DNA of 64,000 bases from Adineta vaga (Eukaryota; Animalia; Rotifera): positions 12,152,001 to 12,216,000 of the forward strand of contig CP075495.1 in NCBI GenBank assembly GCA_021613535.1, given 5' to 3'. Under the pieces are notes generated by a model. The model was not told where the DNA came from and did not search any database. It saw only the letters and a program-made list of their open reading frames with translations. The translations under genes and the position numbers were made by a program. Position 1 is the first letter of the stretch; each line of letters begins with the position of its first letter. Below are positions 1-13,400 of the stretch, piece after piece.

Positions 1-2167
1 GAAAAGAAAAATCATCATGTTATTGAAAAACACTTCGATTAATTGAATAGATAGTATAGAGAATTACGAATATTATCTTTAAAGATGATTTCTATAAATT
101 TGATGATCTTCAACTACGGATTTTAAATGTTATTTACTACCTGTTGATCTGGAAAAAGGAGTTTTGTTTCGTATGAATCAATGACGAAGTACGAGAACTA
201 AAAACAAACGGATGTACGATAGCAAAATAATCAGTAAATGTCTTAGATCGGACGAAGACAACGAGGTACTTAGCTCTATTACATTGCGAAGAACTAGAAA
301 GAGAAGAAAAATGAAGAGAATATTCTTCATGATAAAGACTAAAAAGAAGCAGAAATGATCACAATATGTCAGTCCTCTAAATAGTTACAATTACTAAAAA
401 GAAAAGATCAACCAGTATTCCATTTTATCACGAGGTGCATATCAATCTTTCTTGTCTCTTGATCGATATATATATATTATCGCTTTAGGACATAGATTTA
501 AATAATGATCAAATTACATTTTTTTTACTCTATAATTTTCATTCGTATGCTTAACTCCAATATAAACAATTATAAATATGATCAAATCATCCATATAATC
601 ATTTCGAATTAATTAAATTGAAATCTGAATAACAAAGAATGACTTTTCTTATTCTCATAATAAAATCTATATCAAAAGAACTATGATCGGTTCAAATTAC
701 AAAATCTAATTTAAAGTATACTATATCATTAATTAATAAACAATTGAAACATTTTTTCGTACATTCTAATTACGCAGTTATCTATGCTCTGATAGAATTA
801 CAACTTATTGTGAATCAGTTTGCGTTTTTTGTTCTTCTTATTATTAACATACTCAAACAAAAAAAAGTTTCATATAATTGTTTCTATTTTCATTCCTCGA
901 CGTTTTTGTTAAGAATCACTTGCCTAATGAAAGAATCTGATTTCCGTTCCGATAAAATTGGAAAGAAAAAACGCATCAAGTTCATAGATTATGACTATAC
1001 TATTGATGTTGATAAAGTTATGTTTTTTTTCATATAAAAGATCAGAATTATTATTTGTATATATATATATATAAATAGAAGAATAATGAATTAGTTGAAA
1101 TCTTGATGACAACAACGTTCTTATCTGATTATCATTGATAGAAAGAGAAGTTTTATACATATCTATCAAGAAAAACATATCTCATTTTGATAAGATAGAG
1201 AAGATTGATTTTAGCTGTTAAAAAATGCATATAAGTGTAGATATGTGTCTTGTTGGAAGTGATGAGAGAAAATTTTGTGAAATATACTTCGATTAGATTC
1301 TATCCAATTGATAATATACACAATATCTCTTGAGAAAACTTCTTTTCGTCTTTATATGTATATAGTGATTGCTTAGAAACGTCTAACTACCTTGGAGAAT
1401 TATTTATTTTATTGATATCTCAAATGTCACATATAAGAATACTGAGAATTGTATCATCATATTAAGATAGTGTCGTGAAGATTGACTATGATAATGATAT
1501 AATGTCGTTTTTTTTGTCTATTAATCTGAAAATTTTATTAAATTATATATTTAATCAAGTTCGATATTTATTTATCTTCAGATGGAATCTTTGACATAGA
1601 CATATTGTTTATACAAGTAATAACAAGATTTTACTCTATTGGAGAAGATAGTTTGGATTGCATTAATATATATATATATATATGTGGAGAATCTATTAGA
1701 CAAGACTTTGTTGTTGGATTAATCCAGATGTTTAGAATCAAAAACAAAGATTGATAAGAGATGTTTTTCTTTTGATAACATTTACCATAACTACGGGTAC
1801 ATGTATACTCTAAAAGCCAATGTAGTCTATGTATTTATTACAATTGTCTGTATAGAAAACTTTTCGAAACATTCAAATTAAGAAGTGTACACACTTGTAA
1901 GATCCTGATTTTTTAACATGTGAAAATTGCTGTCTTTTATAATTAAGTTAACATATACCGTAAGCAATCTGGTATTGTCATAACATCCAGAAAAGTATCC
2001 CTGTACTTATAGACAGTTTTTGAGAAGAACTAGTTCTAATTTATTCTATAATCTAAAAAATGTTTTTTTTCCGGAACTCTATCTGACATACATTGTCAAT
2101 AAATTCACTAATATTTTATAATAAAAACGAGGGGGGAGGCGAACAAAGACTGATTGAATCATATAAA

Positions 2168-5032
2168 TTAGAGTATATTACAAAGACGACTTCGTTTTCG
2201 TTGTTTACTTTCATCTTTGGAATTGTTTGGAATTACACTATTACTATGATTTTGTTTTCGATCAAATAAATTTTGAAGTTCACTTTGTAATGAAACATAT
2301 TCTGTAATTGGAACACTTGTACCTGTACGTTGAAGAAGTTCATCATTTAAACTAAAATACATGGATGTTGGTTCCATTGATAACATTTCAGCAAGATGAA
2401 CAAGTGCAGAACCATTAAGACGTCTTACTAAAGGTTTTAATGTGTCGAAATTACCATTTTTAGTATTACACCATTCGCTAACATCTTCTAGAGACCAATC
2501 AAGTACAGGACATGTCATATAATTATTAGATTGATTAAGAATTAATTGATCATCTGTTTGATTTACTAGACGTGAATTATGTTCATCAATGGAATGTAAA
2601 TGACGACGAATTTCTTTTAAAATTGAATTTGTATCAATGATTAAAATTGATTCAAGCCAACTACCTTCAATATCACATTGTTGATCAATTTCAATTGTTA
2701 ATATTGGAACTGAATAGGGTTGAAACGAAATATATTGATAAACAAAATGTGTTAAATTATCAATTCTCATTTTTGAACTTGCACAAAAAAGGCATAGTAA
2801 GGATTGATCAATAAGATGAATGATTGCATCAAGTGATTCACATTTTGTTGTTAGAATAAGTTCAAATGGATATTCGAATTCAGTTTGAAGACGTTCACGA
2901 AATGTTTCACATATATCATAATAAGATTCATCGGCATAAAAGATACAAATCATATTATTTGATGTTAAAGATAAACCATGATTTGATATTGTTCGATCTA
3001 AAGATTTCAAATTATGTATAGAATTCAAAATTAATAATAAAATTTAACTTACTTAAATTTTGATTGCCTGAATCTAGTAGGAAAAGAATTGCTTGTGAAG
3101 CTAAACATATGTTTGGTGTCGATGTATTGAGATTTGTTGTTAACCATTGACATAAATCTAAACGTTTTTGTAAAATTTCATGAATATTTGTTGATGTACT
3201 AAATGAAAAAGTCCACAATAATTCAATCATAATTTCAATTAAATTCAATGAATTTTCATCATCTTCTACTAAAGATAGTATTGTATCGATAATCATCGAA
3301 ATTAAATTGATTTTTTTCGTATATTTTATTAATTCATCAACAATCATTATAAATGATAAGAAATGTGTACGTAATAAACTAAACCAATCAAGTGCTACAA
3401 TATAGATTTGATCACGTGATGATGATGTTGTCGAATCAAATGATGTATCATCATGAGTTTTAGTTAATATTTGAAGAATTTTAATTGTTCGTTGTGCTAA
3501 TAGATGTATTAATCGTTTAAAAAATGATGATTGATAAAAATCACGTTGAGTTATTAATAATGATAATGGATACCAAAGACTATGTGGTGGACGTTTTATT
3601 GTTCGTAAAATATGTTGAATATAACCTAAACGACGTAAATGTCGTTTACCAACGATGGTTTTTGAAATGGTTACTAATAATGAAACAATATCATCCATAA
3701 CATATAGTGTTAAACATAAATTATCAAAATGTGGAATAAAATAAGCACAAATATTTGCTTCAATAATTGCATCGTGATATGTCAATGCTAAACGATTGAT
3801 AAGACGTATTAAACGAACAATTAGTGGTGATAAATCATCAATTGGATTTTGAGGAATTTCACACCATATATGAAGAATTTTACGTATGGATGGTATTAGA
3901 TCAAGTGTCGATGTTGTAATCGATGCAATACAATAATCTAAACATGTAAATAGAAGAAAAATTGAATGAATCGAAATTTTTTCGTTTAATGATGTAGTTC
4001 TCAGAAAATCTGTCGACAATTGAATGAATAATGGAAATTTTAAACAATCAAGAAGACATGGTGTTAAATGATCATTGACAATTGTATTTGATATTAAAAT
4101 TGGATGACTAAATAAAATAATTAAAGAATTAACACATCGGTAAAGAACATCGATAATATCCTTTTGATTTGCTTGATCATCTGATGTAGTTTCTAGTTGA
4201 ATATCGTCTGGAGAAACTTGATCTTCATCATTCTGAAGAAGAAGAAGAAGAAGAAAAAAGAATAAACCATCAACTTAGACATATGAAGATGAGAGTATCA
4301 CTTATATTCGTCACGACGTATGGATTTCAATTTCAACGTGACAATCTCATTCTAATTTTCTTTCCTTTTTTTGTATCAAAGCATTGAATAACAGCAAAAT
4401 CTACTTAAGATTTTCAATGATTAATTTCTCAACATGATTTTGCTTTTTAATCGAATGCACATTTCTTTTTGTTATGTTCTCAATGTTAATAATAAAACTT
4501 TAAAATGTGTTCGATTTTCTTTTCTTTTTTCTTCTTTTCTATTATTTACCGTTGAATGACTTGTAACTGAACAATGTTGTTCATTGTTTTCATTGGTAAT
4601 CAATTGATCAATAACACGACATAATGTATTTAGAAAACCTTTGTCTACAAATAAATGTGTTAAAACACGTTGAAAGATTTCTTGTTTATCGTCAGTAATA
4701 TGAAAATGATCCTGTTGGTTTAACCATTCGGATAAAAGTTTAAATAATTGATGCATGTAAAATAAAGCTCGATGTTCTTCTCCATTTATTGTATTATTAA
4801 CTAACCATAATTGTAATAAACGTTCGAACCATTGTCGTATAACCAGAAATAATTGATGATTAATTAAATCGATATTCAATTGTTCAATTGGCATACATGA
4901 TATCGATTGACCGATGAGAGAAAGTGATGGAAGTAGATATTGAGGTGGACATGCATGAAAAAGTGCAAGAATTTCATCCAGATGTTCTGTTGGTAATAAG
5001 GATGATGTGCATAATTGACGAATTTCATTCAT
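2168..5032 (-). CDS. ARM-like helical + degenerate TIR-like + SAM-like protein (~830 aa); exons complement(4550-5032, 3053-4232, 2168-2997)
   Basis: Three ORF-track segments join in frame through GT-AG introns 4233-4549 and 2998-3052 (2493 nt, 831 codons). The N-terminus is Leu-rich and helical (e.g. IELLWTFSFS). ICIFYA...ICETFRERL...DAIIHLIDQSLLCLFCASS...VPILTI...GSWL follows the TIR_2 pattern. PVLDWSLEDVSEWC...LNGSALVHL is SAM-like. Confidence 0.75.
4235..4255. repeat. (GAA)n microsatellite that forms the polypyrimidine tract of a minus-strand acceptor
   Basis: gaagaagaagaagaagaagaa lies directly beside the CT (AG on the minus strand) at 4233-4234. Confidence 0.8.
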
Positions 5033-6121
5033 CGTTTTATCGTCTGTATGGATGTGTTTGTTTTCTTTGAAATAAATGAATAAATAAGTTTATAAAAAAC
5101 GACAGAGATGAAGGAAAAAAAGAAAGAGAATCGATAAGATTTCTTTTCGAAAAATGTAGAAAAAAAAATGGTATTTGACGTCCAGACAGTCTTTTTCAAT
5201 TGTCGTTTACTTTTACTGTTTAGTATTGAAAGAACTGAATCATCTCGTCTATTACATGATGTGAGATGAAGAAGAAATCAAACACATTGAATTTCTTATT
5301 ATTGAATCTATTATTGTATTCAAGTATTTACTAAGTGTTATATGTCTTTTAAAACAAGTCTTCATATCTATTAAATTGACTGAAGAAACAAAGAAAGCAA
5401 TTCTTTTTCAAGTTTGATAGATTTTTATTGCATATTTTAACAAGTGACAAGTTGAAGTTATACATGCAATTATTGACAAAAGAAATACCATTTATGTTTG
5501 ATATCAAGAAAAGAAACAAGTAGTACTTTTCATCAAGTAAATTATGAACTTATTCAGTTCCCAAACATAAAACTTATAATTAAAAAAAAAGCGAGCAGAT
5601 ACGAGAAGGTTTTCTTCCTTTCAAATAGTTGTTCATGAAATATCTTCCTGCTGCGTATAATTATCGTTATGAATAGTAGTTGTAAAAATTCTTCTCCCAT
5701 TGAGTCTCCAGTTGTCCTAGTTAGAAGGTCAATACACATCTTTTCGAACCTCGATCAATTGAATAAGATTATTGCCTTTGATCTTTTGAATATTTATTGA
5801 TTTAATAATAATCTATAAGTGATTTTAATTTATAGCTTTATTGTTCTACTACTCTCCCATGTTCTATCGATTATCATTCACATGTGTATTTCAAAAACAC
5901 GCACACATATATATATCAATATATATATATATATACACGCACACAAATAGGAAAGGATATAGGACAACAATAATAGCGACAACAAGAAGAATGCCACCGG
6001 GGTTACTGTATAACAAAAAGCCAGAAGAAAAAGAAAAGAAAAAACATGACAATAAATGATTTTCTGCGAAGTGAAAATAATCTTTCTTTCAATTGATCTC
6101 GAAGATGATGAAATTAGTAGA

Positions 6122-9100
6122 TTAATATGGCACATAAGTTGCTGAACCACAATTTTGTTCAAGAAATAATTCTAATTGTTCATGAATCAATGAAGAAGGA
6201 TTGGAATTCCATTCATAAATATTCGATGTACGATATAATTTAGCTATTTTTTCTCGTGCTTTTATTGATGATGATTGATGATTATATGGATCATCATTAA
6301 CAAGTATAAGAAAGATTCTTATTGATGAACATGTTGATAAAATCTTCATATAATCATGAATAATATGATATGGTTTACGTAAAATGATAATTGTGACACA
6401 AGAATTTTCAATTAACCAATCTAATTCTCCCAACATACGATCACGATGTATGAAATAAAAACTAAAACGTTTTCCGTACATATCTTCAAGATTTTCACCT
6501 ATGTTTCCATGTACTAATTCACTATCATTTATTGAATATAAAACTAGAGCATCAAGTTTGATTTGTAAACATGAACGAGTTGGTTGTAATGTTGGTTGTG
6601 CTTGTTTTGATCCAGATGAATTTGTACGTTTTAACATAGGAACAATGGATCGAATGGTAGTCGAAGTCGAAACAGTTGATGAATGAGAAATAGGTCGATT
6701 GGATAATGAACGTTGTTGTTGTTGGGTTTGCCGAGGTGGAGGTAAAGGTGGAACAACTGGTTGAGGACGAATGACAGGTGATAATTCTATTTGAGAAACT
6801 GTTAAAGGTATTGAAGCATAATCATCTTCATCATCATCATCATTATCTGAATAAGATATTGAGACATCATTTTCTTGTTGTTTATATGCAGTAACCGAAC
6901 TTAAACCTGAAAGAAACATGAAAATAATGTCAAAACTTGTCTTCAAAAAGAAAAACAAAATACATACTTTTTTGTTTTGTTGAATGAAGTAATTTCTGTA
7001 TTGCAGTTGTCGATGATGACGAAGATATTTGTGGTGGTGTTGTCGATGATGATGTTGATTGTAATGTTTTATGATAATGATTCGATGTTTTTTTCGAATC
7101 TCCATTTGATAAAAGTTTTCTTTCGGCAGGTGATGGATGTTTTGAATGTTTCTTTCGTTGACAAAGACAAAATAGAATACATAAGATAATAATACATACA
7201 ATAATCAATATTGTAATACTGACACCAATTAAAACATAGATACGATATTTTTCATGAAATACTAATTGAAAAAATCGTTTCGGATATGGATTATAATTAA
7301 ATGATAATTGTCCTTGTTCAGGTTGAAGATGATGTTCATTGATATTTAAATTTTTTTGACATGATTCACTATTCGAATGTTGACAACAATCATCAGCTGT
7401 TAATGGTACTTCAATATTAAAACTTGATGATAAAATCGATCGATTGCATGCAAAACCTTTTCCATATGTTAAAGATTTTAAACGTGTATTGAATTGAAAT
7501 TCTCCATTATTATTACTATAAAATTTCGGTATCCATGGATTATTATGAAGATAAAGATAACGAAGATTGAATAATGTTGAAAATGTTCGAGAATGAATTG
7601 TTTGTATTTGATTTGATGATAGATCTAGATGTTCCATTTGAATTAAAGTTGAAAATTCTTCATTTGATAACTGTTCAAGACGATTATTTGATAGAAGTAA
7701 ATAGCGTAATTTAGTTAAATGTGTTAGATTTTTCTCTAAAGATTTCAATTGATTCAAATTTAAATTTAAATGTGTTGTTGAATGTGGAATATTCGATGGA
7801 ATCTTATTTAAATAACGATTTGAACAATTGACATAATTTTTTGTTAAATCAAATGAATGTTTACATGTACAATCCATTGGACATTGATAATAACAATCAC
7901 AATTATTTATATTGAATAATAAGGATGATTGTGATAATGAACAACATGAACAAGTTGATGGACAAGATTTAATATATGAACAGAAACTATTCGAAGAATT
8001 CAAATCAAATAATGAACGATGAAGAGTTGATTCAATCATATCTTGACATGTTAAATTCGATATATGTAAAAGTTTAATACGTGCTTGTTTAACAAGATTT
8101 TGTGCAAGTATCGTTGCAGGTGATGGAATTGTTCCAGAAAATAATTGACGACGGCGGCGACGTTGAAAATAATTTGGTGGATTTCGAGGTGACGGAGGAA
8201 TATCCATCGGTATATATTGTTGAGGATATAATCCTGATGGAAATTGTTGTGGAGATGGTTGAAATGCAGGAGGTACTAAATAAGATAAACGTTTTCTACA
8301 GATCAATATCATCAATTATAGATATATATATAAAGAGAAGATTGTTTCTTATCGATTCTATCAATCGATGTCTAGTACAGTAAACATATTTCTCACGCAA
8401 TATTGATGCTAATTAAGTTATAATTGCTTTTCTATTCCAATCTAGAATTGAAGCGTTGTCCTTACGAGATCGATAACTATCATTGAATGATTATTCTATT
8501 TGTTTATATTACTGAGATTATTTCTTTTTTCCTTGTCATAATTTACCTATTATCCAAGAAATAGTTATTGACCTTTGTTTCAATTATTTCAATCGTATTC
8601 TGACATTTAGTAAGTAAAAGATATCGAATGATGTAATTTAAACTTTAAAGAAAATTGAACGAGAAACTATTGTTTGATCAATTCGTTGCATCTGAACGTC
8701 ACGCAGAAGGAGGGAAGAATAATTAAGGAAAATGATAGAGAAGAATCAGTTCATCTAATCGAAACGCGAGTTAATCATGCAATTTATATGCAAAGCATGT
8801 TGTCATTGATAGGTCAATAAGAATATTGGAACAGCTGGGCTTATTAAAACGAAAGAAAAGAAAAGTTTGAGACGTTTTCCAAAAAAACATTTGCTTTTCA
8901 TTAGATCAAAAACAAACAGTAGAATTCATTCAATCTACTTACATTGAAATGATGTGGGTTGTGACGACGATACATCATTTTGTAGTAAAGGAAAGATATT
9001 TTCATGTAAAATACAATCACATTCTAATGGATTATTATTAATATTTAATTCAATGAGTGGTCCACGTCGTTTCATTCCAGTTGATAATGATAATGGTAAT

Positions 9101-10464
9101 TGTAACGTTTTCAATTGATTAGAAGATAAATCAAGTGAAATGATATATTTATCTTGAGTTGACGCTGATGAAAAGATATCAAAATCGATTTGATTGATAT
9201 TATTCAAAGACATATCAACATATAGGACAGGTAAATGATGATCATAACTAACTATCGTATGTGCATCATATGGGACGGGAAGACGTGGTAATGAATTCAA
9301 ATTATTGGATGAGATATTTAAATAACGAAGTTTTTGTAATGGAAGAAATAAATCATCGAATGGTAATGAAGGAAAGGTAGATGTTAAATCAAGTATTTCT
9401 AAATAAGGTATACGTGTAAATGTATCTTGTTGTATATCTAATGGTGAATTATAACTTAAATTTAATGTATTTAATGAATATAAAGATTTAAATGATGTAT
9501 AATCTAATGATTTGATTTGATTGTTTGATAAATCTAAATAACGTATAGTTGATGGAAATTTCGTTTTTAAAACAGTAATATGATTGTTAGATAGAATTAA
9601 TGTTATTAAATCAGGTATTTCAATTTGTGAAAATAATTTATTTAATTGTATATCATCTAATTGTGTATGACATAAGTCAAGATAGATTAAATTTGGATAT
9701 GAACCAATAAGATCAAAATTTGTTGTATGTGTAATAGTTAAATGTATAAGAGAAGAAAGAGAATTTAAAAGAAATGGTTTGAATTGAAATTTAACATAAT
9801 AAAATGCTAGAGTTGTTGTTAAACTTGTTAAATTTAATGAATTGATATTGAATGTTGTATTATAAAAAATTAATGTTTCAGGTTTTGTTTGTAAAACTAA
9901 AAGATTATTTTCAATAATAGTATCGAGAAAACGTAAAGAAAGAAGATTTAATTGACATTGATGAAATGATATATTCGAGTGTAAACGATAGAATGTTAAA
10001 CGAGATTGATTTAATGAAGAACAAAATTGTTCAAAATTGACAAGATTTTGCATGATATCATTATTAAAATGATCGAATTCATATTCGTATTCATTGAACG
10101 TTTTTTTTGGTAGATGAGAAAAAGATGTTTGAAATTGATGATTCGTTTCTGATTCAATTTCATCAAGTCGTAGACGAAGAATATCTTCATTGAGAATTTT
10201 CGTTGAATTATCTGAACAAATGTTTGAGAATATTGTTGATAATGATGAACAAAGATTGGATGATGAAAACATTGGAGGTGATGAGAGACACGTACACATG
10301 TCACATTTATATATACGTTGATTGAGATCTTTATAATGACATGGATATATAGGACGAATTGATGTTGATATTGGTGTTGTTACTGGTATGATGGTTGAAA
10401 CGAATAGAATTGTCATTAAGGTGGTAAAAAGTTGAAAATTAATGTCGATATAATCATCGTTCAT
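6122..10464 (-). CDS. Toll-like receptor, protostome multi-cysteine-cluster type (Toll-7/Tollo/18w-like ectodomain) with degenerate TIR (~1204 aa); exons complement(8943-10464, 6968-8275, 6122-6906)
   Basis: Hydrophobic N-terminus, LxxLxLxxN repeats, and an LRRCT start NNNPLECDC. The Cys cluster CPSTCSCC...CDCYYQCPMDCTC...VNCSNRYLNKIPSNIP resembles Toll-7/18w and is followed by ~4 more LRRs. TM helix IYVLIGVSITILIIVCIIILCILFCLC. The C-terminal LDALVLYS..D..LV...LE...FYFIHRD...IENSCVTIIIL...YEW is TIR-like. Introns 8276-8942 and 6907-6967 are phase-compatible (3615 nt, 1205 codons). Confidence 0.85.
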
Positions 10465-13400
10465 TCTAAAAATTAAAAAATCAGAATATTGTTGTTTCTT
10501 TTCGAAAAGATTCTTTAATAAACCTATTAAATGTATTTAATCAATGATAAGTTTTTTTTTTACACTATGCTAACCTATACTTTAAGATTAACGATGTTCG
10601 CATGTCAACATATATCTAAGCAAATGAAACGAAGGTAGTTAATCCGTTTCCGCCCATTGAGGTTCACACTTACAATTGTCTCACACGCTCTATATCATCT
10701 CTTACTATTTCTTTTGCCTTTTGCATCTATTTATTTTTTTCATATTCTAATCGCATGGTGTCAAAATGCAGTTGTTATTTGATTAAACAAATGTCAAGTT
10801 CTTCTGTTTCTCTCTGTCTCTCTGTCTCCTCTCTCTTCATTTTCCTTTTTTCTCCTTCTTCTATCTCACCTATGGTCGGCATCGACGAGTAGATTTTATT
10901 GTTGAACTTCACCAGTGGCAGGAAGGTGTCGAGCATACAGATCATCATCGTTATCATTCGATCATATATAAATATATAAAATCGTTTTTCTTTTTTTCTT
11001 TTTTTCTATATTCTTTTTCGTTTTTGCTGGAAGATGTAGATAAATGAATCTGTTGTGGATGAAAGAAAAGCAAGATATGAATGTCTGAAAGAAAAGAACA
11101 TATCAAGATGATGATAGTCTCTCGTTTTTTTTTTATGATTATGTAAGACGAATAGAGAAGTAACAGTGTAATGAACAAATAATTTGTGCGTAACTGTATG
11201 CGTGTGTGTCGTGTCGTGTATATGTATGTCGATGGATGGATACGTTTGATTCAGATTTCATGGAGAACAAGGACTAATGAAGCGAAAAATTGTCTCGCCG
11301 CTATGTCACTCACCTTAATACATGTACATATGTACTTGTAAGTGAAAGAGCGTTAGTAGGCTTTCGGAATAATTAATCGAGCGAAATTCACATCAGTGAA
11401 CAACGATTTGAAAAAAGAAGACAGAAAGAACCCTAATTTATGAACCGAACAAGTGGGTGGGAGAGAAAAAAAGAGACAGAAAGAAAATATCCGATGTATC
11501 CACCGTGAGTTTATTGACTTAGCTAAATGCGAAGTGCCTGAGCTGTTCAGCCATAAGCTAAAAAAAAAGAAAAAAGAGAGCACAAGAGAGAGAAAGAATA
11601 TTTCATGGCATTGCGTCTCTATCCATCTCGCTCTCTCTCCCTCGCTCTTCTCAATACATATATCAAACATAAGGGAGTAGACAATTGTGTATTGATATGT
11701 ATGTGTATTGTTCTCTCGGTACCACTTTATAGAAAAATAATGAGCATAACAGCCGGCGAAAAAAAAAAGAAATCTGTATGACAGAACACAATAAACGATG
11801 TGTGTTTTGAACTAGTCGACGCCGTTAAAATGATGATGATGATGATAATTATGGCACGGAGTCTGTGTTTTTTACAGATGAAATGTGGCAATTTAATCTT
11901 TCGGTCGAATGACTATTTTTCATTTAGTTTTAAACAAGAGATTTAATATAACGTCTTATTAACTTTCATCGAAATCGATCCGATTAGATAGTTTTTCTTT
12001 TAATAAAGAAAAAAGAGAAGAAAAATACTTTCAATGAACTGTTAATGAAATACATTCAGTATGTTCAGATCGATTACAGTCATATAGAAATGCTAATATC
12101 TTTCACTGGTGAGAACCAACCGAGAACGAACTACAACAGTACAAATAATACCAAGGTTATTACTTGCATGAATAATATATTTATACCACATATATATATA
12201 TATATGTAGAAAGTGTTACGTAAAATCAGGTCTTTTATTTGTCAATCGAGAGTATATATATATATGTGCGTGTGAGTAAGTGTGTTTATCTCCCCCTACT
12301 GGTTAGAGTGCAGTCATATCGTGTAGTAAGCAAACGAAAGATTGTGATGGCATACATATGCTAACTATGATCAAAAAGTCAAAATCACAACTGTACAGAT
12401 TTGAACTCACGTTCTTTTTAAAATATTGACTAAAAAGAAAATAAGAAAAAATGAATCTATATCAATGACGAAACACCTGTAAATAGAATTGTCACGTGTA
12501 TATTGAATGCACGTGTTTGACATTCAGTCTAATGTGGAAGTTTAACAACGTCCGTTTCGCGGCGTCAAAAAGGAACTTTACTCTTCTCTTACGCGTTTTT
12601 TCTTTCTCTCTCTTTCTGCCCCCTCCCTCTCCCACTTGCTGATCATCGGTGTCGAAATAAATAAAATATATAAGAAAAAAAATCAACTCCAACCATGTCG
12701 AGACATATGCGCGTGTCGTACGTCAACAAAACCGAGTGCACGCAAGAAGAAAAAAAAACAGAGCGCACACAACTTCATATTTAACGTCTTTTACTCATAC
12801 ACATTCAAGGTTCTTACTCTATGGAATTAAACGAAGCAAGGAACAAGAAGAAGAAAAAGAAAGAAAAAGAGAAGACAGTCAGTCAAAAAAAAAGAAAACT
12901 AGTAAATGATGTATAAGATACATACAGTTCTGTCCCCCTCACCCACCTCTCCTTTTTATGATATATAAAATGAATGAATGATCCTTGAAAGAGAATGACT
13001 TTTCTCTTGAACACTACACTTTATTTTTTTTAAATTCGAATGGAATCAAAAAGAAAACTTAACAATTATATTCAATCTTTAATAGAAGTTACGTAGTTAC
13101 GTATTTGATGTGTTCTATTTGACCTTCTTTTTTTGTTGTCTTCAATTCGATAGAAGACAAGCTTCAAAAGTCAGCCTTTCAATTGATTCTTTATTCATCA
13201 TACCTGATTATGTACATATATGCTCATAGAAGGACTAATGTATTTCATTTCTATTCTTTCGAGAAAAAGAAAACAATATTAGTAAGTGTTTACTAGATAT
13301 TTCGGTGCTTAGAAGAGGTATGAATACGAATAAGGATGATTATAGAACGATCAATAGCTAAATAGTGAATGTAACAAGTGAATACTACGATCAATTGATT

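Noticed and set aside
130-310. Possible minus-strand micro-exons (ccag|atcaacag|gt at 141-148; ctag|ttcttcgcaat near 283-293)
   Set aside because: They cannot be tied to a reading frame within the window. They may be 5' UTR of a gene to the left, or chance.
6501-8383. Antisense and overlapping ORFs on Toll exons (also at 20317, 26977, 41226 and 51947)
   Set aside because: Shadow ORFs expected from codon bias of the real gene; no recognisable protein features.
8838-8860. ggcttattaaaac resembles the start of the rotifer spliced leader as I recall it
   Set aside because: The similarity ends after ~13 nt, with no following splice donor or Sm site. It lies antisense in a Toll intron and is likely chance.
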